Below, piece by piece: positions 26,385-41,100 of a DNA stretch of 64,000 nt; positions within the stretch are counted from its first letter, which is position 1, and each line of letters begins with the position of its first letter. A program made the translations under genes and the position numbers. Source of the stretch: Tubiluchus corallicola (taxonomy: Eukaryota; Animalia; Priapulida); the NCBI GenBank assembly GCA_030141605.1, contig JAQGDQ010000021.1:372001-436000 (forward strand), in the 5' to 3' direction. The notes under the pieces are model-generated. The model did no database searches. It was given only the letters and a program-made list of their open reading frames with translations, and was not told where the DNA came from.

Positions 26385-28635
26385 GGTTATTAAAAATTCT
26401 ATAGAAGTGAACTCGTCACCGCATAAATGTGGGCTCACTACGTTCAAATAACCGATATGCAATAAAAAGTGATACACGTGTTTACTTTCATAGACTATAA
26501 CAGTGTATGTAAACACTTGAAGAGAATGTTAACCAATCCCAACTTCCGAAAAAATTATTTGTAGGATGAGTTATTTCCTATTTCCGTAACTGAGGTGCAA
26601 CAACTAGAGTACATGTATGCATAGTGATTGGATTCTATTCAGGACAAAATGTTTATGAAATGTATATGTTCTTAAATGTATGTTACAGATAGCACTTTGT
26701 GAACGCAACAACCATAACAACAGCGGTAAACATGCGAGAGCTCATTTTCACATCTTTTCGCCCTCATAACCTAGCTGCCCAGTATTCCAGTAGCAAAGCT
26801 TTTTTGTGTTTGTTTATTAATAATAATTTGATTTCTGTTTATTTTTATTTGTGGATTTTTTAAGTTCGGTTATAACGCACACCCATTAAAAACAAAAATC
26901 GAAGTTTTCAAAAATAAATAATACTCTTATTAAAGACAATAAAACATTTCAATCCAGAAGACTTGCAAATTTAAATTACGCAGAAAGAAACAAGAAGCCT
27001 TGCAAGAGTAAGCAATAGCTTTTACAAATACGGGATTCCTACAAACACATCACATCTACCAAAACATGTAACTGAAAATACTATTACTAGGAGGCAGCAC
27101 CTGAGTAATCACGAAATGTACGTGCTAAGGTACCCTATTTTAAAAACTCCAATGAATTTCATAAATATATGAGTGTTAAAAACTATGATGACGAAGTTCT
27201 AAAAATATAGAATAAAAATATAAAAAAAGTGTTTTCCACTGTAAGAATAAAATTAACAGATAATTGTAACACAAATAGTCAATTGATGGCACCCCACAAT
27301 AAAAAGCTGATCAAATAAAACATCATTAATTATCTTTGTGTACTGTTTGTGCTATTGCATGTCTACTTTATAAAATTACTGCACAGTACAGTAAAATTAT
27401 TTATGAAAAAATTATAAAGTATTCTATAATATAGCATTAAAAGGAAGAGGACCAGATGCTACAATTTCCTGATGCATATAACATGAGAGGGTAATAACTT
27501 GTCAGCTCAGCTCATTCTAGTCATAGGCATACAGGAGGAAGTTTCACAAAAGGGAGTTAGGACACAGAAGGAATTAGCCCTAAAAATGTTCTAAGATGCC
27601 CTAGTCTGAGTGATAGTAGACACTATTACTTTCATCAGTCCTCTGACTGTTTGTGCACAAAAATTTTATGTAGATGTATTTTGTACAGTAAAGTTTGTGT
27701 ACATTAATTGCAATAAAGAATATTGTTATTATATTACATTATTTCCAAATTCCAAATGGGAACAAACAATGGGCCACATAATTAACTAGGATTTAGACTG
27801 TCAAACGTGTCTAAAAACAGAATATTTGTGCTTAACTTATAGGCCTATATGTTTATATTTATTTATATTAATAGTTAATTGTACTTAGTACAACATATAG
27901 TAATTGCAATAGTAATAGAATATAAATGCGGGAAGTCCAAATTATAACAACATTTACTAAAAAAATTGGGAGTTTAACAAGACTCAAGACAAAGGTTTGT
28001 GTTTTACTGAGCAAACACGTAGAAACTTTCAAATGTGCTTTTCTAATGTTTCAGAAATTAAAAAATATATAAAAGAAAATAATGATGACAGTCTATGTTT
28101 TCCTATTGTAAACATGTCTATGATCTTGTCAGTACATTGATTAGCACATTCTTAAAAAAGTACGTGAAAAACTTGTGTGGTTTAGTAAACTAATTTTGCT
28201 AGAAACTGTAATATTAACTTTAAAATTGAAAACAAATTGTCGTACATGTACAAGAAACATTCCAGCAAGTAAAAAAGAGGTTGTTCAGCTAATCTTTGAA
28301 TATTGAAATCTTAAGATAAAATCGTACACCTATGATTCTTGTGGAGGTGCCAACTAATTAATACTAGCCAAATGTAGCATTGCAAGCTAATTGTAAGTCA
28401 CAAATTATTTTTATACAATTGATATTAGGTATTAGTCCAATCAGGTTCCTTATATAATAATTTTCCTCTGTATGCGTTGCCATGTAGATTGCAGTTAGCA
28501 CCTGGGGTAAATGAGTTTCTTATGCAACCGTATCACTAAATTTCAGCAAAAAATACTTTCCGACAGACAAAGTCAAAATAAATATTTTACTTATCTCAGC
28601 AATTTAGTTATTAATGTAACATAATAACCTAACTA

Positions 28636-31600
28636 TTATAATAGTGGGACAGCTGAACTGTGGCTGCAGTAGATAATTCCTCCAACAAAGTTCATCAGAG
28701 CAGCTATTACGAAGACTGGAAACCACCGACCATGAGACTGTGTAACCAATTCTGCTGTTAGTGGACCACAGAGAATACCAGGTATTGTTGCCTAGAAAGA
28801 TAACAGTTTATAGGGCACAATAAATATTCACATTGAATTTAAAAGCAGAAAACAACTTGTGAAACATGCTCTTTAGGCTCCAATAATTAACCATTATGCA
28901 TAATTTCAGAATTTAAACAGCTGCTTGCTATAACCTTGCTCACACTAGCAGTTTACTTATAAGAATAGTACTAAAAACATAGTATGTCAAGAAATTCAAT
29001 TTCCAAAATAACACTAGTTTACTGCATGCAGTCCACCTTGTGGTTTCTGTATGCCAGGACTTTCAAATTACATTGGCCACAGACTCTAACGACAATCACT
29101 GAAATTTCATTACCTGCCTCCTTGCAAGATAATATTGACAAACAACAAAACCTAGTGCTGTGCAACAGAAAGCAGAAACAGTCATTATCCACTGGTGCCT
29201 TAATTTTTGGTTTTTGGCAACTGCAATTTTAGCTGTTTTCTTGCAGTTGCTCCAATTTACCAGCTAGTTTACCACAATGGCATTGCTCAACTTTTAAGCT
29301 GAGAATACAGCATAAGTACTCAAATATATGCCTCAACAAGAGTTTAAAGTTACTCTTAAGGACATGATCACAAAATCTGCCATATAATGGAAAATAAGCT
29401 TCAATAAGACAATAAGTATTAAATTATGTTGTCCTAACGCTTTGGAAAAATATTAAAGACATAAATGTTATTTAAGTTTAATGTCTCACAGCTGTTACTG
29501 AAACAAAAAACTGAAAAAGGTGAATACAGCCAAAACTCTACACTTACCAAAGTATTAGAGATTGCAAATGTGATTGCTGCATGGTTTGGTGCTACATCTG
29601 CATGATTACTAAGATGACCCGCAGAATTGCAAGCAGAAAGACCCATCGATAATGATATTATACTGAAATAAAAACTACACATTACAGACACTCTTTTTAA
29701 TCTTTAAAATTAAACTGTTTAAAAAGTTTGATGAAATGATAACTTTCAGAGCAGCAATTCTTATTGTCTTCCTTCTATAGCTCTTAACAGAGAAAAAAAG
29801 GGATATTTGCATGCAATTTTCATCTCATCTGAATGCTGGCTGGTATGATATTTGGCTTCACATTTTAATTAATTCAGTTCCTATACACCTTCTTTGCCTA
29901 GCATGTTATAGCATTTTCTCGCTTTCATTGAAAAGCAATATTATTAGGTTGTTTGAAATCACTTCTGGTACAATGTTTACTTGAGAACATCACATACATA
30001 TAATACAGTACATTTTAAAAGGAGATAAATTATTATTTTAAGCTCAGGATGTAGTGGTGAGCATAATACAGATAATGATTTATCATTGACCTTTTATATA
30101 AAACCAGTAGTGGCATGTATGATACAGCAATTGCTCCTGATAGGTTGCAAAACACAGTCTGATACGTTAGCGTTTTATATAATTGCAACCACAGTTTCTG
30201 CAACGAATTCAAGAAATCAAGAAGCTTACAAAACTGAGAACACTGTTGCTATTACAGTGAGAAGACAGTTAACATTTTTCTTACATCACAGCTAAAGGTA
30301 AATGATGCACTGCAGTGAAGCATAAAAGAAAGACGCCTGGAACAACAAGTCCAATCGCCGTCATGGCTCGACGGACGGAAATCACCGATGAACGATGAGT
30401 AATGAGAAAGTCAGCAAGGTGACCACAACCTGCAGAAGAATAAGAACTGGAATTAACCAACAATTAATCAGACATTTATTCAGGCTAAACAAAATTCAAG
30501 CCAAACATTAACAACATGTCACTTTCACGTCATAAAATATATTGTTTTATTTCATGGCGCTAATGGTACTACTACACAGCAGATTACTCTAATGACACAT
30601 TTCTTTATTTTGATAGCATGTGCACATCATATTATTTCACGGTACAGACATACACAATATTTCATTTCAGGACAGATCTACATCACAAAACATAATTTCA
30701 TTTTACGGCACATAGTGTACATGGATTATTTACTGTAGATTAGCTGTTTTGCTTTACTGACAGAGTATTTTCCTAGAGTATATACACACTGTCTGGCTTC
30801 CACGCGAAAAAATGTGACTTGATTTGTAGCAGTTTATTACAGTATGTGAAATATTTTAAACATATTATTTTGTAAACGGTCAAACAAAAATAAATTTAAT
30901 CTTGCACTTAATTATCACTTGTCTTACCAAATTCACATTTAATTTTCTGAGATTCATTTATCATGCACCAACAACCAGCGGTTAATGCATACAATCCAGT
31001 TTCTGATGCTTTCATTTCATGTGATGCGTCATTTAATTTAATGTAGTTTACAGAACTCAGCATGTTACAGAACTCAAATTAATGTGCCAAAAAGTGAAGT
31101 AGTGACAGGAAATAAATTGATGTGCACATACTATAAAAAATAATAATCATGCAATTGTGTACAGTTGTAGCTAGTACAAACATGCACATTATATAATACA
31201 TTTTCTCAGTCAATACCAATCAACACATTCTATACATACCTACACCTATCAAAGAGTTCATTACATAAGGTAATGCTGTGAGACTCAGGCTTTCCTTGTT
31301 TGCACCCAAATTTCTTGATAAGTATGTTGGAAGCCACTGCATGATAATGTAGCTTGACCAGTTCATGCTGAAGTGAGCTATGTATATTGACCACAATGGC
31401 CATAGCTTGAAAAACATTGTCCAGTGCACACCAGTCACTGTAACCTGTAAAGGCAACATATGTAGCTTGATAAACACGATATAAATCAAAAAACCATAAA
31501 ATGAAGTCATACTTCCGTAAGATTAGTTAGGCGAGCTTTTCTGTTATTCTTAAGTGTGCCACTACTTAGCCCATTTTAAGATTAAATCATTTCAAGAAAT

Positions 31601-33366
31601 GCCATTTTAAGATATTCATTAAAATCACTGAGCTTCCTTATTATGTTTTGGGAATAAATTCAGAAAAGACTTCAATAAGTATTTCAACCTGTAGGGGAAT
31701 AGAATACAGGACATTTTTGGAATAGATAAAATAATTATGTCTTATTAACAAAAAAGAACACCTTTTATAAAGGCTTTCAATGGTAAACGATATTAAAATA
31801 AATTATTTTTTGTGTCTTTTCTTTGATAATTTTTTCTGCATAGAAGAACCACAAAAACACTTCAGCATTTAAATAAAAGTAAAGATATTATACAAACCTT
31901 TGGTAAGAAGCCAATTTCCTCATCAACCACCGGACTCTCTATTGGAGTTTCACGATAAGACCAAATCCATAAAATTACCCATGCTAGCCCCAAAAAGCCA
32001 AATGTGTAAAACATCACAGGCCAAGGAAGATGCGGACAAACCTATCAAAAATACATAAGAAAGGTGTACTGCCACACACTAATGCATGCACTACTAAAAC
32101 TAATCAAAACCAAAATTACACTAATGTTACACTAGAGATAAATATGATGAAAAAAGAGAACTGCAAAAAATCAAATTGGTAGACATTAAAAAATACACTA
32201 CCTACCAAAGAAGCCACTGTCTGACCAATGGTACCCAAGGAAATAAGATAAGCAAAAGCTCTAGAGCGCTCATCAGCCGGCACAGTGTGCGTTAGAATGT
32301 GGTAAACGGTAGGTAAACCTAAATGCAAACAAACCTTGCAACACATGAAAGTAATGTTAGTGACATACTTAGGTATATTAATAAAAATCATAGTGATACT
32401 TTACTTAATATATATAAACTTCATTAATACTAGAAGGTTACACTGTATATTCTTTAATAATCGTGGAATTCGTAAACTGATTGTGCAGAATCAAGACTGG
32501 AAAACATAATAACAAAAAGCTGAAATGTTCTGTTTTTGTTAAAACCTCTTTCATTTAACACAAGTCACAAAAAATTAGAGTGCTGTTGGCCTAGCCGCAA
32601 AATCTTACCAATTCCCTCTCCAATTCCTAGCAAGATTCTCGATATGACTAACAATATCACAGAAGGTGCAAGCACTGGAGTCAGCAGAGTGGACAGTGAC
32701 CACAGAAACACAGCACATGTCAACACTCGTTTGCCTCCATATTTCATTGCCACACCACTGCCCAGTATCTGGAAAAAATTAACTGTGGAGTCCTGGAGGA
32801 CAAATAAAATAAAACAAAAGGCCTTTGCATTGAGAATTAACAGCTTTTTGCATTTTTGGGCATGGTAACTTTTGAGATAGCAGCAAAGTTATTTTTAGTG
32901 CATGCACAATTGTCTTGTGACTACATTTTTGTACTTGTTTACAACACAGTTCTATATTGATGCATGTTTGTCTAGGTAACAGAGCACAAAAATTAAAACT
33001 CATTATCTTGCATGAAAATGTAATTTGCCATTATTTCATGTTTAACTAAAACTAACAGATGCACTTTTGCATAATCAAAAGTGCTATTAGGTAAGATGTA
33101 TAACATAGTACCAAAATCTTGACAAAATTTCGACAAAGCACAAAAAGTGAAGTGTGAGCAGAAATCTATCTATATCTTACCTGACTAGTAATATAACCAA
33201 AAGCAAATGAACTCAGTATCACTCCTTGCCAATGCAAGGTCCACTTGTACTGATCTGTCATAGGAATAATAGCTATAGGCATAATAACTCGATCAGCAGC
33301 ATTGATGAAATTGGCCGCTGAACATAGCGCAATTGTCTTTGACACATAACCTGGAGTCATAATCAT
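28636..33366 (-). CDS. SLC17-family MFS anion transporter (SLC17A9/PHT4-like), 8 coding exons, 407 aa
   Basis: Exons 33181-33366, 32609-32768, 32206-32318, 31898-32041, 31240-31444, 30285-30429, 29548-29662, 28636-28791; 1224 nt, all GT-AG. Motifs: INAADRVIMPIAI, QGVILSSFAFGYITSQ, KYGGKRVL, RILLGIGEG, VPADERSRA, WLPTYL, DVAPNHAAITFAISNTLATIPG. Confidence 0.93.
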
Positions 33367-34189
33367 CTTATTCACTTAGATCGATTTACCAGGTAAAACT
33401 GCCATTCCAAAAAGTATAGTTGACAATGAATAGCATCATACAAGTTCTGCGCTTCACATCCTTCTTGTATTAATATCAAGCCAAAACCACTACAGAACTG
33501 AAACAAACAATAAATTTATAAAAATATAAAGAGGTATGAAGTTTTTATTTACAATGCAACACTTTGGAATCAAATGATAAAGTAGCAAACATGGGTGTAA
33601 TATTAAAATTGCAATAATTACAGCTAGACTGTCTCTTCAGAAAACTGGCAGGTTTCACTATAAATAAATGTTTTTATGTGTTCAGCTTGAATACAGCTGT
33701 AAATATATAAAGCTATGTGTCTTTGATCTAGACATAGTACTATTGATTTTGTAAACGCATATGAGATTTTGAATGACATGTAATTAAACTTTCTGAGCTT
33801 CTGTCCATGCTGGCAAAAGAACATTATGAAAAAGCATCTATAGTAAATTGCAGAAACGGAATAAGAAAATACAAGTATTTTGGGGGCGTTACCTCTGAAC
33901 CTTACCAGAGAGAAATTATTTCACTTTCAACATTTCATGCCGGCAGTTGGGAGGGCACAGCTCAAATGAGTTCATTCAACATTTAGTAAATCCTTTTGCA
34001 TTGTATATTCAGAATCATTTTGCAGATTACTCACTACCCACATTCATTCTAATCATATTGCCCCTTTCAGTATAGGTTTCCCCATTGCGTCAGCATCTAA
34101 TTCACCTTTAATTGTAGTTCATTATTATAATAGATTCAGCAGAGATGTTTTCTCTCATTCTTTTTTTCACTATGTTTTACTTTATGTTA

Positions 34190-34670
34190 CATTTTGGTGC
34201 AAATAACTTGATCATATATAATTGTATATATAAAAAACTTATTAAATTTATACAGATGATAGTTATGTTCAAATATTTAATTACATAACTAGTCAATAAC
34301 TAACTATATTTACAAAGAGCTGGAGCCCACTGTTATCATCATCATTATTATTATTACTATAGATAATAATGTTAATTGTATTATTATAATAGTACAATCA
34401 AGTTATATTACTGTACAATAATGATGTTGCATGTAGAATATTATTATCATTATTATTACTGTATGAAATTGTGTTTCTAGTTCTAGTAAAGGTCATACTG
34501 TAGGTCTTTTCAAAACAAAGTTTATTTTGTTCACTGTTATTCTCTTTTTAAAATATGCTTTACTTACTAATTTTGATGCAAATAACTTGATACCATATAG
34601 AAAACTTATCAAATTTATACTAACGAAAATTATAAATATATATGATAGTTATGTACATTTATTTAATAGA
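34190..34670. repeat. Dispersed imperfect direct repeat pair, about 95 bp each
   Basis: TTTTG.TGCAAATAACTTGAT...AAAACTTAT.AAATTTATAC...ATGATAGTTATGT.CA...ATTTAAT at about 34192 and about 34571. Confidence 0.75.
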
Positions 34671-34956
34671 CAACTTTACATCATTATTTAATCTGCCATG
34701 TTAACCAGTACCCAATCTTATTGCTAAATGAAGGGTAGCTGACTTGATGACCTTTTAGTCAATTCGATACCCATCTCGTTAACTTTTATATTTACTTTAT
34801 TAACACATTTATTTCTCTATTTATATTTATATATTTTTATGCATGTATTCGTTCCTGAAATGTAACAGAGAAAAATAAACTTGATTTGAGTAGCCATATA
34901 AGAAATCTGAGTGAGGATACTGACAATTTATAACGTTGTCATTCTTTTCACCATAC

Positions 34957-35173
34957 CTACTTTAGAGTCGCGTGACAAGTAGTCGACGAATAAAAAATAT
35001 ACTTATAATACAGCCTAAAAACTAAATATAAAATTTTAGCTTCGTGGCTTCTTCTAAACCGACTATTGGCAATAGCGAAAACTTTCGACGTTTACGATTC
35101 ACGCACGAAATGCAATAAAAGACTGCCCGTAGTGATTTCTGGAATGTGTGCCGTGTGGCCAAGTAGCTGTTAC
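34957..35173. promoter_or_regulatory. Putative bidirectional promoter and first non-coding exons of the SLC17 gene (-) and nardilysin (+)
   Basis: Locally CpG-rich patch bounded by a minus-strand donor (AG|GTATGG at 34956/34957) and a plus-strand donor (AC|GTAAGG at 35173/35174). Both genes' first coding exons are preceded by splice acceptors. Confidence 0.45.
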
Positions 35174-35399
35174 GTAAGGGACTTAAACAGAGTTACTGAA
35201 TTAAATTATTAAGATTTTTTATGTTCGCAAAATATAGCACTGAGTATATTTTGCCCTTGCCCGTCGTTTCCAACCTGTCGCTCTTAACGGTATACATACT
35301 GATTGGCGCCCTGTATTCTTGATGCTATTAGTATTACTATTAGTTGTACGAGCCTAGCAGTACAACACTCGTTACCACGATCTGATACAAAAGGGATTT

Positions 35400-35920
35400 A
35401 GGCACCTTACAGATGGATGGATTCCCCAATGAGCTTTGAGTGGCCCACATTACTCCTTAACCCGTGATCAGTATTAATGACATTACTTATTGTATTTCCC
35501 CATGGACTAGCATCCTGTTAAATGTTGATAATTTACAAGTCCTTTCGTCCAATCCAGGGCGATCTTGATCGTCACATATTACAGCATTACTTGGATGAAA
35601 TATTAGACTGGTGCAGCAAATGGTTAACAGCCTTAAAAGCTTCTAGTTAATTTGGTTTGCCTAGAATATGCCCTAAATCTATAACCTTTTTCTGAATTTG
35701 CATAAATAGCTGAAAAAATTATATCAACGATTTGGGAGTAATAATTTTCTACGACCTCAAATGGAATTATCTTGCAAACCCATATTATTGCAAAGTAAAC
35801 CATTGCATTGGCATGATCAAGCACTGTGTTGTATCTAGAAGTGCAGCTGTAATTGCACTTCTCTCTATAAAGTAGTTATTCGCCCCATTTAGGAATCCGC
35901 ATAGGTTGTGTAGTCACAAT
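35400..35920 (+). mobile_element. Decayed CR1/L2-like LINE reverse transcriptase fragment
   Basis: Frameshifted pieces occur in RT order: GIPQ-like then SGP, SINDITYCISPWTSILLNVDNLQV (YIND...FADD remnant), DRHILQHYLDEILDWCSKWL, KVNHCIGMIKHC, YKVVIRPI*ESA*VV (LYKSLVRPILEYAxxVW-like). Confidence 0.75.
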
Positions 35921-37396
35921 AATATGGTAATGTGCTCAAGAATAGTATTTAAATATAAGAACTAAAAAGTAACTAAGCAAGAACAAAAATCATATATCAT
36001 TTCTCTGCATGACTGCAGTGTGCTGAGCACTGCTAGTTCTAGTTCTGTTGTAAGTTTTATTGTTAGGTTCCACACTTTTTTATTTCTATTTGGTCATTTC
36101 AGGTTTACTGACAGTTCTTACGTTGTACTTATCAGGTGCCAGATTCGACAAAATTAAGTGCGAGTACATCAGGATATTTGTCATGATGTCTGACATTGCA
36201 GGAAAAGAAGTGGTATTATGTTTCACTATTGTTCTTTATCATTATTAACATTAAAAAAATAGTTTAGTCAGTTAATATAGTTCATCATTATTATCTTAAC
36301 ATGTGCGTAAAGAGTGATTTGATAAATCACAATGTGACTTTTAGCCGTTCCTCCCAACAAGATACTTATTGTATCCTAACAGCATTTTTATTGATTGTAT
36401 CCCAACAGCATTTTTGTTGATATCTCACTGGATTAACCAGTGAATCTGTTCAGTAAGTTATCACATCAGTCGGTAGTAATTTATGCAGTACTTGGAGTTA
36501 ATTTTAAATCAAAAGACCCACAGACTCATACATCCTGTCCATATTGCGTACACATAACTACTCGGTCGGGTCAGTCCTCCTGCTCCAACGAGTCATCATG
36601 ATTCCTTCTCTTCAAATCTCCTTGAACATTCTTTTACCAAACACTTTTATATCGTTGTTTGTGCCACTTAAATTGCATAATACCCACGAACCTCCTTACA
36701 GAGGCGGAAGAACCTAACAAGGTTTACGTCTGCTTTTCAGCATCAGTGATATATGCATGCTGTTATACCATAATATTAAAAACTGTATTTTTTTCAATGT
36801 TTGCACAAATTGTATTTTTGCATTTCCAAGTAAATTACAATGTCATATTTGACCACTTCTCTTCAATCCTTAAACGTGGTCAGGTACTGGTGAGCTAGTC
36901 ATGTCACTTGGTCAGCTTCTCGTTGGTCAGTTAGTAGTTGGTTACACCAGCCAACTATGTTAGTTAGTCAGTAATCGAGGGGCCTTAGTCACTTAGTTGG
37001 CTTATTAGTTAATTATTAACCTAGGTGTAAGTTGCAGAATGTGTGTGTCAGTTAATCAGTGAACTCAGCTAGTCATTTGGTAAATCTGTGATTTTTATCA
37101 GTCAAAGGAGGCTGTCGATCAGAAAAATTGTCATTGGCTTAGTTATTCATTAGATATTTGACAATTTAAAATTAAAATTAAGAATGACTCTTAAAACTAA
37201 GAATGCCTTACAAGTGCAAGGTGAAATAATGTCTTTCTTTATTCATAAATGGCGAATTCTTCATTTTAACCAAAAGTCTGTATTTTGTGAAGTGTTATTT
37301 GATTGCTAATTCGCAAGTTTTGTGCAACTATATTTGCACAAATATGCAAATATATTTTAATGTGTTTTTTCCTTCTGTAGTTTAAACGCAGCTCAA

Positions 37397-38038
37397 AGGG
37401 GACAGGACATTTGGGCTCGGCCATTTGGGCACAAGACATTTGAGCCTCATCACTGACACACATGTTATGTTCAATGTGTGTGTATGTTCAAGTTATGTGA
37501 ATCAATCATGCCAGAATGTATACATTATTTCCGTTTTGCGCAACAAATCAAGATGCCTAATAGGTTAACATAACTGTGGGAATCCTCGTCGACTGCCTGA
37601 TTACCATGTAAATTTTAAAATGCCTAAAATTTTTGTAAAAAAAATAATTATATTCGTAAGCACGATCGTGTAAAACTGGAAAAAACTATATATTGTATAA
37701 CTCCCTTAGTGCGTGTAAAACATTAATTATAATGCATAATATTATTGTGCATTGGCAGAGGATACAGCAAAAATGCTTACAATTAATGTTGATCTTGATA
37801 TTGATAAACACACATCATTTAATTGACTTACTAATTGATCTAGCTAGTAGTTTTTGAGCTGACAGCTTGTTATAAGCAGCTAATGAACTAAACAACACAT
37901 TTTAGGTCAGGTTCTTCTACAGCGCACTAAGCATTCATTGAATATAATACTGTGATATAATACTAGTTAAATTGCTGTACCAGGTGTCCAAATGACCATG
38001 TCTCGTGCCCAAATTACCATGCCCAAATATAACACACC
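37397..38038. mobile_element. MITE-like non-autonomous DNA transposon with degenerate, internally repetitive terminal inverted repeats
   Basis: Left ATTTGGGCTCGGCCATTTGGGCACAAGACAT; the reverse complement of the right end reads ATTTGGGCATGGTAATTTGGGCACGAGACAT. AT-rich non-coding interior. Confidence 0.65.
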
Positions 38039-38146
38039 TAGTGCAAAATACAACAATTTCTGATAACAACAGTGTTTGAAAAGGAAGGGTACATCTTTGC
38101 TTGTAAAAATGACATGCTTTTTCTTTGTTTTGTTAGGTTACTTTGA

Positions 38147-41100
38147 ATGTTTTCATTGCTTAAATTGAGCCAGAGTCTAATATTGCAACAGTGCAGCTAC
38201 TCGCTACCAGGACTGTTTGACGCATGTAACATGAGCTGCTTCAAAAAACATAAAGCACAACCTAAAAGTATGTCAACTGGAAAGAAAGGCTTTGCTTTAC
38301 GTGATTACTTGAATGCTTCACCCCCCACGAAGAAAACAGAAGTTATAAAATCTCCAAATGACAAGAAAAGCTACAGGTGTGGAACCAACCTTGAACACAT
38401 AATTATAATTTTACTTTTGGTTAATGTTTGTATTCTGTAATTGTTGCCAATTTCACAGTTTGCACATTTTGTGGAACTTGTAGTCTGTCAGTTCTTTAAA
38501 AAACACTTGAATTTTACTATTACGCCCAAATATTACTATTACGTTTCACCTCTAACTGTATTCATCACACATGGTAGGGGTGGATTTCTCTCATTTAAAT
38601 GAGCTTTTAAACAGTCACAGTTGTAGAGGTACGATGGGTAACGTTGTTTTTGTGGTTGTTGTTGAAAATTGTATTTGGTGTTTTCAAATTGAAAATATTA
38701 AACATTTTTTACTTGATTGCTCTTTGCATGTTGTTTGTAGAAAGGAACTCAAAGAATGACTAACAAACCTATGCCAAACAAATGCATTAATTTTTAATAT
38801 GCAAGTTTGACCCACAATTAAAAATCTCAGTTTTTCTTTCTGGTAGTCCTAGTGTAAATCTTACAGTGAGGCAACCTGATCAGCATTTATCAGTTGATTG
38901 CCAGAGTTTATCCAAAGACAATTATTTCAAATAAGTATATTTATAAAAAAATGCAGTCTGTACAAGTCAAGTCACAGAGTCAATCAGCAGAATGAAAGTA
39001 CCTGAAGAAAATCTTTTAGAGTTTTTATCCTGCTAATCCTAAGTTAAATTCATTATTTTCAGTAAAAATACCTAACCTAGCTTTGCAATTACATTATTGT
39101 GCACGATCCTAAATCTTCAATGTGCGCAATAATGTTTTAATCTTTCTAAGTTTTATTGTCTTGCTTATCCACAAATAGGGAATGTCAGAAAAAATATGCC
39201 TTGCTTGTCATAAAAAATTACTGCACTTTTTTCAGAGCATTTACACTGAAAAACGGATTGAACACTTTGCTGATATCAGATACTCTTGGTAATTTTATTA
39301 TGAATTTATTATATACTGCTTATAATATTGCACAATTTGCTGTGCTTAATTAAATTTTTTTGTTGCAGTTGATGTGTTAGAGCTTCCATATTCTTAGTGT
39401 TATGTATAATTTATATTAGGTGCTAAATGTACAAATGACTGCATTAAAATATTTTTATGAAATTCATATACAGCATTTTGAAACAGCATGTATGTCATAT
39501 AACTGCGTACAGCAGCAATATGTTTTGTTTTTTATACATTTGTGTTTTCAGCTGAGGCACTTGATGACGATAATATTTGTGAATCTGACAGTGATTTTAC
39601 TGACTCTGGCAGCAGCAGCTGTAGCAGCGATGAAGAAGATGAACTGCCTGATTTTCAAGTATCTGGTTCTCACCTTTTAAGAGTTTTCACTTTAATGTTT
39701 TCTGTCACAATTGCATTGCAATTTGCATTGATCATGTGTAAAGAAATGTAAGGAAAACTGAAATGGGTGTTTAGATTTCGTTGACAGTTTTTTCATTACC
39801 ATTAAATGTCTTAATTACCATTAAAATTGAGTTGCTTAAACAGTTAAAGTTGTTTCACCATAGTCATGTTAGTTTTTTTGTTGCTTGTGGCTTATAAGAT
39901 AATTGTTTATTATCGTAGTTTCTACTATAATCATTTAGGAAGTGCATCTTAAGTGAATTATGCTTAATATATTGCAAATATAAAGTGGTACGAGGTCATA
40001 CATTCGCATTAACAAGAACAAGAATACACATTCGAGTTGAATTGGGTTTTTGTGGGTGCTTTATAACTAATTGTTCCAATTATTCCTATAAACTTCTTAG
40101 GGCATAAGAAACCTTTCTGCGGAGTCTATTGATTCCTAGATTTAGATTCTTATATTTACTTTTTGTGGAACAATAGTTAAAAATTGTTTTGCACTTTAAT
40201 CATCATTTGCCATTTAACAATTTCTAATTTTAATTGCCTTAGTAATTTTTTCAGTTTAAATTGGCAGTAAACCTTCACTGTTTCAATAATGTTCTTGTTT
40301 AACACTAAATCTTCTTCGTTTTCTTTTATAGCGACAAGATGTTGATGTTGATGCTGACGGCAATCGAGTGGATAGACCTAAAAAGAAATCATACAGAGGC
40401 TTAAAACTGGTAAGATTTCCTTTGAGTGAGACCCCCCTATGCATTATTTTATTAGGTATTCATTTCGAAAATTACCAGAATCTTGCATGTTTGACTAATT
40501 CACTTCTCTTACAGATCAACTCTTTAGCTTCATTTCTTGCAAAACCAGTTTTAATTTTTTTTTGTGAAAAATTGTTTTGTAGTTTTAAAGTTTATGCATA
40601 TTTTAGAGTGCTGCAGCACTGGCAATCGGAGTTGGGAGTTTTTCTGACCCTGTCGCAATACCTGGCCTTGCTCACTTTTTGGAACATAGTAAGTATAAAG
40701 TGTTTAGCCTGCTTGTGCCACCACGTTGCTTCAAGTATATGACTTTATTGCCATCAGTTGTTATGAAGCTTAGCAATGTCAGAATCGTATTTTGTGCATT
40801 ACTCTTTTTAATTTTATTTTAACAGTATTGTATTTTCTTTTATATTATTTCTGAGCAAGATACTGCTGCTTTTTGGAGTGATTTCATAATCTTAGGATAT
40901 AATGTTATACTGTTAGTGCGTGCTTTCATAAGTGTAACAAGCAGTGCTGAATCGAAAGACATAGTAGCTAGGGTACCGTCTAGCAAGATTTCTCAGCAAA
41001 ATCCAGGATTAAGCATCCGATTCACATTTAACTTATTTTCTCGTCTCATAAAAGCCCATTTTTTATTACTTTAAATACGTAATATTCATTTTTTTATTCT

